Source: Lama glama
Lineage: Eukaryota
DNA: 64,000 bases
Reading direction: 5' to 3'
NCBI GenBank assembly: GCA_028534125.1
Contig: CM052818.1
Coordinates: forward strand, 35,156,001-35,220,000
The position numbers were made by a program, and so were the translations under genes. The notes under the pieces were generated by a model. The model saw only the letters and a program-made list of their open reading frames with translations. It ran no database searches and was not told where the DNA came from. Of the stretch, positions 25,901 through 37,900 are shown in pieces; positions within the stretch are counted from its first letter, which is position 1, and each line of letters begins with the position of its first letter.

Positions 25901-28900
25901 TACCTCGTATGGCCAGTGGCATCTTACCATTGCAGTTGGCTGGGCAGTGGTTATGATGGATTGTCACTTCCAAGTATGAACTTGGTCACAGCTGTTCCAG
26001 TTGTCACTTCAGCTGAATTATGTCCACTTTTGGTACTGTGTGTGGTGTCATTTCAAATGTTCTCAGAAAGGATGCACTCTGATTTAGCATTAAATAAAAA
26101 GTTATTGTAAACACAGAAAGCCATGGACATAACAGGGGATTAAGTTTAATATTAATGAGATACATATTGATTATTGGAGGAATTCCATATTTTCTTACAA
26201 AGCAACACCAAGTGCTTTCAGAACCTTTTTTTTTTTAAAGGAAAATATCCACAAATAGATGCGGCTGTATTATTTTTTTTACTGAGATGTGACCAAAATA
26301 ATTTCTTGTCACTTGAAGCAGCACAACTGAACCTTGACGAAATTGCTAGATCCTTCTGAATAGATGAAAGGAATTTCAGTTCAAGAGGCTGGTGTGACGG
26401 ATTCACATGTCACGAAGGATTACAGTTAATTAAGTCATTGAGTTAGTTTAATTGGCTGAGTGTTTTTCTTTCTTAGTGGTAGGAAAAAAATAATGGTGTA
26501 TCTTATAAGTGGTGGTGTCTTAGGCTGGATGAAATACAGCGTATAAAATGGATTTTGTAATGAACAGGTCTATGGTAATGAAGTGTGTATCACTGGCATT
26601 CATTAGCTTGAACAAAATTGTAGAGACCTGGGAGGTCTTGTTTTGTTGAGGTTTTGTTCCTGTCGGGCCTGTGGAGGACAGTGTCTTACTAAATTCCTTA
26701 GGTAGGAATGACAAGTGGCTCCAAGATTGTTTTCTCTTTTTTTTTAAAAAAAAAAAGATTTTTGTTAGATAGCAGTGCTTACTGTGTAGATGCTATGGGA
26801 AAGGTCCTCCCCTCTGTTGTTACTCATGAGCTGAAAACAGGTTCTGATGAAATCAGCCCTGGTTCCCTGGCCCCGGGGCAGGGCTGAAGGCTGCTGGACG
26901 TGCAGTGTTGGGGGCCGCTGGCCCAGCTGCCTCTCTGGGGCTCACTGGTGGCACAGCCTAGCATGCGCTCCCTAGCTGAGAGCCACAGGGTTCACTAGTC
27001 TTCCGGGAAAGCAGGAAGCTTTTTTGCCAAAGAAACCCTCAGGACTCTGGTCTCATAGTCACTTTACTTACCAGCCAAATGGCATCTAAAGAAGAGGACG
27101 ATGCCTGCTCAGAGACTGCTTTTGTTTCATTATTCCTTTTAATCATAAACAAATTTGAATTTAAGTCAACATTTTAAAAAACAGCTCTGTCAATGTCCTT
27201 AGTTTGCTTTTTAAAAAAGTTTGCTAACTTCTTGTTGCCTACTGGATGAGATTCTTAACCAGACGAGATGGTGCCTATCAATCCAACCCCCAACCTGTCT
27301 TTTCACCTTCATTCCTGATTCCCTCGGCACGCCATGGGTTCTTTTTAGATATTGCCCCAGTGCCACGGGGGCTGTACCATTCACATTCCCACCAGCAGCG
27401 TATATATAAAGCTGTCTCTTTCTCCACAGCCTTGCCAACAGCACGTGTTCTTACAGTTAGGAATTTTTGCCAGTCTGATAGATGAGAAACGTTTTGATTT
27501 GAAACTTCCCTTGTTTTGAGTAATGTGCATTTTGAGTGAGCGAAAATGCTACACTTCTTGTCTTTGTTTATGCGATTAGTTCTCACTGAAATGTCAGTAA
27601 CCTTGGACCGTCTCTCTCTCCTCCATCAAAGGCCGCATATTTCAAAGCACAGCTGAAATATCTCCTCGACTTTGATGCTCTGAATCTTTCCATGTGGGAT
27701 TAATTGCTTCGTCTTCGGCAGTCCCTGGCACGTTGCATCTAGCTCACTTGTGCCCTGAAGGGATGCACCTTGCTTTCCTTCATCTTTATGTCCCCGTAAC
27801 TCAGCAGTATCTGGAAAATCGACACTTACTTGATATTTGTTGGATTAACTGAGTAATGGTTTTAAATCAAATGTGGCATGAGAAAGTATCTTGGCTTGAA
27901 TTCTGATCACAAGCTTAAAGCTCACAGATGTACTAACATTTTTGTTTCCATTGATGATACTATACCATGATTTTCTCAAATGAAGCAATCTTTGCAATGA
28001 GGAAAATACAGAATTTCAGAATTTTTGAAGGGTTTTTCAATCTTTTAAAAAAAATCTATACTATGTAAAAGTATCTCTGGTAAAAAAGCACAGCAACACT
28101 ACATTGTTGTGTCATTACAAAGTGCTCTCATCTTCAAAGTCCACAAGAAGTCTGTGATGTGGACAAATTCAGGGTCTAGTAATAATTGAAAGGCTGACCC
28201 ATAGCGCTGTCCCTATAACCAGTTAATGTATGCCCCAAGTATTTCTGTAACTCTGCATAAAAGTTTATTTAGAAACATTTTAATCTGAAAGATTTTTAAA
28301 ATGTTCTTTTTAAGTCTGTTAGCTAAATGTCATACACTGTTTAACTGATTATCAAGTAAGTGAGAGGGCAATGGATAAGAAACATTTACCTGTTGCCCAT
28401 AAGGAAATAGGAATTTTTGGTGGAAATGATGAGATTGGAAACTGCAGCTATGATGATCTAATGCTGAATTATTTTACTTGTTTTCTCGTGTTATTTTAGT
28501 GATACTGGAGTTCTCATTTTTAAGACATGGTTCCTCCCCTCTTTTAAAACAGGAAAGTTGTAGCCAAGGTGGAGGGAGGGAAGTGAGAATGGCATCTAGA
28601 CTAATAATTGTCAGTATTGAGGATGAGAATAACAGAGTGGGGAGGTAGGCGACAAATAGGAACACGATTTCTAAGAAAAATATGAGTGCATACAGAGATA
28701 AAAACAGCCTCAGTGTTTTATTGAGGAAGGCATAAATAAATCATGATGTTTTTGCTCAGTGGATCAAGCAGCTGTTAAAATGATTAGAAAAGAAGACCTT
28801 ATAGCAAAACAATGAAATATTTAATACAGTATTAAGTAAAAAAAACAGGTTATAAATTTTTATCTACCCTATGTGCATAATTATATAGAAACATACGATT

Positions 28901-31900
28901 TGGAGGGAAATACAGAAAAATAAGAATTGTGGGAATGTGCATTATTTACAATTTTATTACAGTTTTTGTTGTAAATATTGTGTTATAAAAAATACAGAGA
29001 AACACAAAGAATGTGTTCAACTCAAGAGCAAAACCAAAAAAAAAAAACCCAAAAAGGTAGGAAAAAGAGCCAGCCTATCTTTCACATAGTTATTTACTGA
29101 ATCCTGGAATTTTAGAGCTGGCAGTTCTGTCCCACCAGTTCTCAAGCTGTCTGGTTTCAGGACATTTTTCTACCGCTCCCCCCCCCCAAATATTTGAGGA
29201 TCCCAGAGAGTTTTTGTTTATGTGGATTATATCTAACAATATTTCCATGTTAGAAACTAAAATTGATAAATTTTAAAAATATTTATTAAGTTCTTTAAAA
29301 AGAACAATGATAGACCTATTACACATTAAAATAATATATTTTTATGAAAAATGTGTGTTCAAAAGCAAAATAATTTAATAAGAATGCCATTGTTTTCTGT
29401 TTTTTGCAAATTTCTTTAATATTTGGCTCAAGGCAGCTCAATTCTCATATCCGCTTATCCATTCAGTCTGTCATGATATGTTGTTTTGGTTGAAGTATGG
29501 AAAGAAAATCTGGTCTCCCACAGCTGTGTAGTTGGAAAAGGGAGGAATATTTTAATAGCTTTTCCAGATGATTGTGGATATGCCATGTTGCCCCTGGAAT
29601 CCCCCACTGTACACTCATGAGAGGATGAGATTTAAAAAGGCAAATAATGTCTTAGTATTATTATGAAAACAGTTTTGGCCTCATGGGCTCCCTGGAAGTG
29701 TTGTAGGAACCTGCCAGGGGGCCTCTGACCATACTTTGAGAACCACTGCTCTGGCCCCACAGGGGTGAGAAAAGGGAAACCAGAATTTTAAATGATTTCC
29801 CCCAAATCACGTAGTTACAGGAAAACAGAGCGCTGGGATATGTATGGTTCTGGTTTCCGTTCCTCGTGCTTTTGGAGGACTTCAAATTACAGTGTGATCT
29901 TAGGACAACTTTTGGAAACTGATCATGAGTGTACTTATGAGGGAGTTCTGAGATATCAAATGTAAATGTTCCTTTTCATCTGAAAGATGAAAAATCTCCA
30001 CAAAACTCCATGATAGGTGAATCAGAACTTTTTAGGGAAAGTAGCAATAGGATTGTAAGTGGATTTGTAAAAGTGTAATTTTTAACAAATAGAAGAAGAT
30101 GCAGAAATATTAATTTAAACATTAAGTTTATAACAAATAGTATGTTTAATGTTTGTTAACCACCTCATACTAGCTAGAAAACTCCCTAGCATCTTCTTTC
30201 TCAATAATTTTAAGTAGACACTTTCAGTTTCATTTTGGCTTATTGTGGTTATTTGCATATCCATAACCAGAGGCGTTTTCCGTGTCTGGACCTCCACTCA
30301 GATGTTGGGTGACCTTCTGGTATTATTTCTAATGTTGTTCACCCATTTCTCCAAGATTCCAGTGAGATCGCAGAAACATTAATGACTTGGATGTCTGAGA
30401 TGGAAAGCACTTTGAAAACTTTCTTTAGCCTGTTTGAGTAGGCATTTCTCAAACCACACCATCAAAGCACAGCTATGTATTAAGGGCCTTTGGATGATAA
30501 CTTTATACTGTTGTCACCCTCATTCAGCCCGCTTGCATACATGGCAGAACCTTCCCCTCCCTCCAATCAGTGCTGGCCTGGAGTCTCTGTCCTGGATCTG
30601 AGACTTTCCTTCAGATTTCTTCATCTTTTTTGAAGTTAAAATTGTAGAAGCTGCTTTCTTGCTCTCTCATCTCCTTTACCTCCCTTTTCTATTCCCTGCT
30701 TACCAGTTTCTTTTAAAGATTATTCTCAGTAAGAATGACTTCCAGTTTACAGACACTGGACTCAAGATTCTAACAGTTGCCAAAAAGATGCACAGAAGTA
30801 AGTCTGTGTTGGCCTCTGTTTGCATGATGGGAACCATTGTTGGGAAGATGTCATGGTGGATCAGAGGAGAAGCCTGGAGGCCACTGTCCTCCTGATTAAA
30901 TACCACAATGCCTTTGCTCCTGACTTCCAATTTTTGTTGAATATTTTAGTGGTAAAAATCAAAGTTATTTTATAATCAACCAGTAATATCTTTGTTAGCT
31001 CGAACCAATTCTTAATCTCTTTTACCTTTTTTTCCCCCTGAAATAAAGTAGTTTTAAGTTTTATGGGGAAAGGCTGCATTTTTTTTAATACCCTGTTTTT
31101 CACTTCAAGAAAAGTGGTGGGACAGAGAACACAGTTACTTGGGAGAGTGAGATGAAATTCTGTGTGCCTTTTGGCTTTACCTGACTCCCAGCCCTACGCT
31201 GCCGTCCCTCCCAACCTTGAATGGTGGTCCCAGTGCCTGGGAAAGGCCTGCTTGCTGGGCTGCGCATCTCCTGTTCTCCTATGTTTCCCCTTTGAGTCCA
31301 CTCTTGTTTTGGAATAAAGTTTGGGAAGTGGGGGCCTCAGTGTCCAGGTTTCAGTTACAAAACTGTCATGTCAAGTTGTGTGGCACTGCCTTTTCCTCCT
31401 TTTTCTTTTCATTTTAGAGCTGGAAGGTTATTTTGTGGGTTAGAGGAAATAAAAAGAAAATTCATTAGTTTGAAATATTGTTAAGGATTTGTTCTGTCAA
31501 TATCCTATGACTTTTTCCTAGACTATTTTCTAATTTTCTGTGTTTCTGTGGAACATAATTATATCAGTGTTTCACATACCGTGGAAACTTACTATATGTT
31601 TGCTTAAAAAAGAGAAAGATGGAACAGAGAAATGCAGCCTAGCCAGGAGATGGTATACTGAAAGGAGTACTGTGGTGGGCATTTGAATACTTAAGTTATA
31701 ATCTCATCCTTCTAATAACTATCTTTGTGACTTGGTCAAATTACTACCCTGGGCTTTAGTTTTCTCTTCTATAAAGTGGGAAGGTTGTTAAATGATATCT
31801 GAGTGTTTGCTCCTCACTTTAGTATTTATTCAGCAATTACTTCCTAGTGCCTGGGGTGCGCCCGGCAGTGTTAGGAATGCTAGAAATATGGCAGACAACC

Positions 31901-34900
31901 AGATGGCCAACGTTTTATAATCAATTGTGTGATGTCTGTTTCCCCGGCTGGATAACAAAAATAGTGATTTGAGGGACACCTGAGTTGTAGTCCTAATTCA
32001 ACTAGGACCTTTACAAGCCATTTAAATGTGTTGTTCCTTCATTATCTCATCTGTAAAAGGAAGATAGTAATACTTAGCCTGTTTATCTTTTGCAGTTGTT
32101 TGAAGACTCAAAATAACGTACATGGAATTGCATCTGAATATAGCAGCAGTGTATAGGATAGTGTGTAGCAGTGTCTGTAGTAATGCAAAATATTGTTTGT
32201 TTTGCTGTAAAATTTCCCATGTAATTCATTCTCCCTTGGGAAAATTCTAAATTAACTTAATCTTGGAGTTCAGAGTGACTTGAAAAATATGGCGTATATT
32301 TGTTTTTTCTTCTCTTCACAGAAAAAGATAATGCTAAACATGTTTCTAGACACCATGATGGCCGATCCTCCTCCCCAGTGCCTTGTCTGGCTGCCTCTGA
32401 TGCACAGGCTTGCCCATGTCGAGAACGGTAAGCAGAATTTGTATCATTCCTTAAGTTGTAGGAAGCCTATGAACGGACAGTATTTGTGATGTCCTTAGCT
32501 ATTATCATTGGAAATTATAACTGCACTCCATCACTTGAACTTGTGGTTTTAGCTTTCAAAAGAGGAATATTTATTTCTCAAAAAGAAAAAAAAAAAAACG
32601 AGAGGGGACTTACTACTTAGGTAGGGTACCAAGAGGTAGTCATATCAGGTCATAAAACTTGGTGATTCAGACTCTAGGCTCTTCCCCCTGCCAAGATTCT
32701 AGATGGTGGTTTTCTGCTTGAACCCACCTTACTTAGCCATGACTTCTTTTTTGTTTGTTTGTTTGTTTGTTTTAATTTATAAAAACATAGCTCCAAAAAT
32801 TTAGATATATTCAATTATCAACCATTAAAACTATACTTATTTTGAAATAGTTTAAAGGAAAATAGCTAAGATAGAATTGGGTCTTGGTTTTCACCCATAT
32901 TCAGTTTTTTTCTTGACTGTTGAGTTACTATCAGTATCCTTCCCTGTAGTTTGACTTAAATCTTTGTTTCACTTAGAATTGAAATGGTACTTACCTCTTA
33001 GTAAGTTCTTGGGTTTTTCTGCTATTGCCATCAATTTTTCTCCTTGTTTAGGTTGAGTTCATTAAAAGAAAGGCCCTAGTTTTTCTCTGGAACCTCCCTT
33101 CTCTTAAGGTTCTTGCCTGTCTCTCCTTCCACGAAAGAGGAAGAGTGACATCTAGGCGACACTAGGAAGCAGAGGCCTCTTTTTTCATTTTGTAAGAATG
33201 AGGGAGCACTAACATGCTGTTTTTATTTTCTCCCCTCCTAGTCATGCCTTTTTTTTTAGTTTTTAAACTTCTCAGCCTTTTGCCCAATTATAGCTTTCGT
33301 TCACAAGTCCTTAGATTCAGGATTATTTCCTAAAGTTCTGGAATCTCTTAAATAGACTAAAACAAATAAATTTTTTTCCAAACAGGATTTTTAGGTGGAG
33401 ATTTATGCTGTTATTACAGTGTTATTGGTTCTTTTGGAGGGTAGTACTTTTAAATGTTTTCATAAAGTCATTTTGTATCTGTTGTACCAAGTGGAGAGAA
33501 TCTTGTTTGCTGAGATGTGTTGTTATCCACATGAACATTCTGTTGTGACTTTATATGTAGTATATTTATTGATTACATCCTTATGTGGTTAATGATATCA
33601 TTTTTCTCAGAGATAGAAAAATAGGAAGTCATTGAAATATCTAGAAATAAAACATGTTAACTATCACACTAACATTTATTTACATATGTAAATTTTTATG
33701 CTGGGAAACAAAGTTTGAAATTATGGCATTTCTAGGGGGTTTTTTTGTTTGGGCCTTTACTTCCTATGAAATGCATCGCTTGAATTGTACTGAAGTTATT
33801 ATGGATAAGGACAAATATTTGTTTGCTTAAGCAAAACTTGCACTTTTTATATTGGTTTACTAATCCAAGTATATCGTAATTACGATAATTACCATGTGAT
33901 GCATTCTTGCAAAAAGAATACTTTCACCAAACCCTGACCTTAGTCAGCACACTTGTTGATCCTGTCCTCATTCGGGTTCTCTGCTTTTCCACCTGGTCAC
34001 CCATTATGCTGACTGATGTAAGCACTGGCTCTTGACTGGTGTAGAAGAGAAGAAAAACCACAATAGTCACACATGTTCAACTAAAATAACCAGAATATAT
34101 TTGATAATTTAATATTAATGTACATATATTACTTATATTAACCCAAATTATTATGCAGAATCATAAACACTGGCTGCATTGATGTTGGCTGCATCAATGT
34201 TAGCTCCAGACTGATTTGGGAGTAGGTCCTCGGGCAGGACTCTGCTAGATTATATAGTTTTAATTTGAAGCACAGACTCTTTCTAGCACTTTCTTTATTC
34301 CTTAGCATCATCCTGATGACAAAAAGTTTGAATTTCTTAGAAGTATGTCCTTTGGATTTCTCATTGCAGATTTTAGTTTTCTTTTATTCTTTAGTGATCT
34401 TGTTATGTTATTTTCCTCACCTAGCGCTTAGATTTTGTTGTTTGTTTTGAGTCTTGATTCTCTGGTTAATATACATTTTTGGAAGCTGACTAAAAATCCT
34501 TATACTTGTGGTAAGATTGCCTTTGTATACATAGTGCCAGCAAGAGTGTTCAAATGAAGATTCAAATACTATATCCCCCTTTCTTGTTGTCTTCTATTTC
34601 TTGTGTTCAGCATTGAATTGCCAGGGGGAACAATTACTCTATCAACATTTAAAATAATAAATAACCATCTGTAGTATACAGTTGTGTACTTATTGCCCAT
34701 TTTTCACTCAATGAACTGAACTTTCAGGCCACAAGAGAATCCCAGTGACCTCTGTAACTCTTGACTGCTGCCTGGCAGCTTTTCATGAGCTGAAATGCTG
34801 TATGAGGTAGAAAAAAAGAGCAGCAGGCCACTGAGTTTCCCTTCCTTGGTTAGAATACCTTATTTTATGCTGATACTTGGAGCTCTTACTTAAAACTAGT

Positions 34901-37900
34901 ATTTTAATATGGCTAGCTTGTTTTGTTTTGTTTTTTTACCAGTTACCATTTGTGCCCAGGTATTGTAATAGTATTTAATTTAGCAAACATTTGAAGGCCT
35001 TCAGTCCAAGGTTCTGTGTAAAAAAGCGCTTGCAGGTAACAGAGATACACAGCATTTTCATGAATATTGTGTCAGTGGCGGAAACAAATATGAGCACAAT
35101 GATAGCTCCCTTAAAAAACAATAGGTCTGAGGGGGGCTGGGTAGAGCTCATGCTTAGCATGCATGGGGTCCTGGGTTCAATCCCCAGTATCTCCATTAAA
35201 ATAAATAAATAAAATAAAATAAAATAGGCAAAAGTTAAAAAAATTTTTTTAAAGGTTTGGAAGAGAAATCCCTTACTTGTATGTTTACCTAAATTTTGAG
35301 AAATGAATTTCATTTTAAAGAAGGAAGTTGGCTGTTTTCTAAAGTGGATTATAATCTATTATAAATTGAAAATTTTGTTCTTACTGTCTTTTTATTCTAG
35401 TAAATGGCTGATCAGATTAGCTAAATATAAGATAGTTTCGATTCTTCAGTTCTAATTTTGTTTTCACTTTTGCTTTTATGTTAAATTTGGTTTTCTGCTG
35501 TATTGACTTTATTCTCCAAATGAAAATGATTTCTTTCTCCCTCTGGTCCCACCCCTTCTCCCTGGCCTCCATCTCTCCCGCCTTCTTTTCCTCCTCCAAG
35601 TCTTCCATCCTGTGGAGTGCTCCTATTGCCGGTGTGAGAGTATGATGGGTTTCCGGTACCGATGCCAGCAGTGCCACAACTACCAGCTCTGCCAAAATTG
35701 CTTTTGGCGTGGCCACGCCAGTGGCCCTCACAGCAACCAACACCAGATGAAGGAGCATTCCTCCTGGGTAACTGCTTTGTGTCTCAGTCTGTGTCCCTAA
35801 TGGTCATCTGTTTCATCGGTAACAGCACTCGGGCCACATTCCCGAGAGATGTCTACTAAATAAGGGTGTGGTGTCACAACATGTTAACACTGACATTCAT
35901 GATGGGGGTTGCAGATATGCTGTGCTTCATCACTTGATTTTAAAAACAGTTAAAAAAATTTTTTTTAGTTTTATACAGTTTTTAAAGATTACTTTCCACT
36001 TACAGGTATTACAAAATATTGGGTCTCTTCCCCGTGTTGTACAATCCATCCTTGAGCTTGTCTTACAGCCAGTAGTTTGTACTTCCCATCCCCCCACCGG
36101 TTATTGCCCTGTTACTAGTTCTATCTGTGAGTCTGTAAAAGCAGTCTTTAAAATCCCAGGAGATGGAGATATTGTTACATTTGACATGGTCCCTTTTATT
36201 CAGTAAAATGCGATGTTACAGTGCTCCCTTTCCAAGTGAAAAAGTGTCTTTTAAAATTGTACAAGGGGTACCACCCCCTACCCCAAAAGACTTATTACTC
36301 TCTGAACTTTAAGGAAGATTTAAAGTTCTTTTTTTTCAAGCAAATTTTATTCATGCTTATAAGCTTTAAATGTTGCAAAGAAAGCTGCTGGAAATGAAGG
36401 AATTAAATTTTTGCCTCTCTGAAGTTGGGGAAATACTGTCTTTTACAATTTCCACACTGATGTCCTTACTTTCAAAAGTAACCTTTTAAATAACAATATT
36501 TGAGTGAAGGTCAATGTCTGATTTTTCTGTGGTGTTTATAAATCATGTAACAGGTTTAGCATCAATCATTTTTTTCTTCCCTTCTCTCAGTTTATTTCCA
36601 GAGTTTTAAATATGCCATACTTTTATTTCCAGTTGCTATGGCCTTGTTTCAAAACCTTTTCCTCTAGCTTTTGTTTGTTTGTTGGTTGGTTTACTATAAG
36701 AAATACATAGAGTCATATGTATAATTCAGAATCTAGTTTCTTAAGCCTGATCATCCCACTGGATTTTAAGTATTAGAAAGCTTCAATAAGCAAGGTGGTT
36801 TTTTCTTTTTTTTTTCCCCCCTAGTTAACCTTTTTAAAACTCAACCAAGAAAAAAAGCAATAAATTCATAACAGGAATTAGCTAAAAACAAAAATCAAAC
36901 TTTGATCAAAGTGTGTACTTCCTACATCTCTGACAATGTGTTAGACATAATTTTTAAAAACTGTTAGATAGGTGTTCAGTTACAGTTAAACCATAAAATT
37001 TTGTTAAAGTGAACATCCTATTCTGAGTCTTGTGTTGTAAATTCCAGTATCTTTTTTTTTGGTTGAAGAGTCATTATTTTAACTTTTTTAAACAAGCAAA
37101 GGAAAAAAAAAATAAAACCTAGTAGTTTTTCCTCTTTTTCATTGGCTAGAGAGAATTTATGGATATTAAAATTGTTACTTTTTCTTAAAGTACAAGTATC
37201 CCACTGTGTTAATTACTTGTTAATGTTTTTTAACTGTTGTTGTTTAGAGCCTAACTCTTTAGATTGAGACAGCTCTTTGCTCTATTACCTTTCACAATTG
37301 GATTCTCTGGCATGTGTCTACTGAACATTCTCATTCTAGATGTTGGGAGTAGGAAGATGAGGAACTTCCTTCTCACGTTAGTTTGAATTGGCTCATTTAA
37401 CTAATATATAACCCTTATAGAAATGGGAATTTTTCATTTATTTAAAGACAAGTGACTGAATATTGCTTTATGATTTGCAAGGCTGTTTTTCATATACTGT
37501 GTTGAATTTTTGCATTGATCTGTAACGTACATAAAGGAAAGTATAGAAATCACAAGTGAGTTCTTTTATTTCTATTTGATCCTCACAACACTCTTGGAAA
37601 GTAAGTCTTATCTCCATTTATTGTTATTTTAATTTCAGCTTTGTTATTTTTTTCTAGTTTATTAATTTTTGTTATGGTAACTTAAGAGTTCAGGAAAAAT
37701 CTAGTATTATCAGCATGCATAATTTTGATGCTGGTATTATAGATGTATCAATTCTGAATTTTGATGAGTATGTGCATTATGTATGGTAGATGCATGCTGG
37801 TAAGGTCTTTTAGGGGCATACGTGTGTGTGCATGGATTTAACTTGTTTTTAAGATCAGGACTCTGTGCAGTGCCCTTGTTCTTTGAGGAAGATATGAGTG

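Noticed and set aside
26853..26887. GC-rich hairpin (tcagccctg...cagggctga) as a miRNA precursor
   Set aside because: The stem is far too short for a pre-miRNA.
34171..34205. Imperfect 15-bp tandem repeat with a small internal hairpin
   Set aside because: Only two short units; ordinary slippage with no sign of function.
35417..35758. 113-aa minus-strand ORF
   Set aside because: Antisense shadow of the ZZ exon and its pyrimidine tract.
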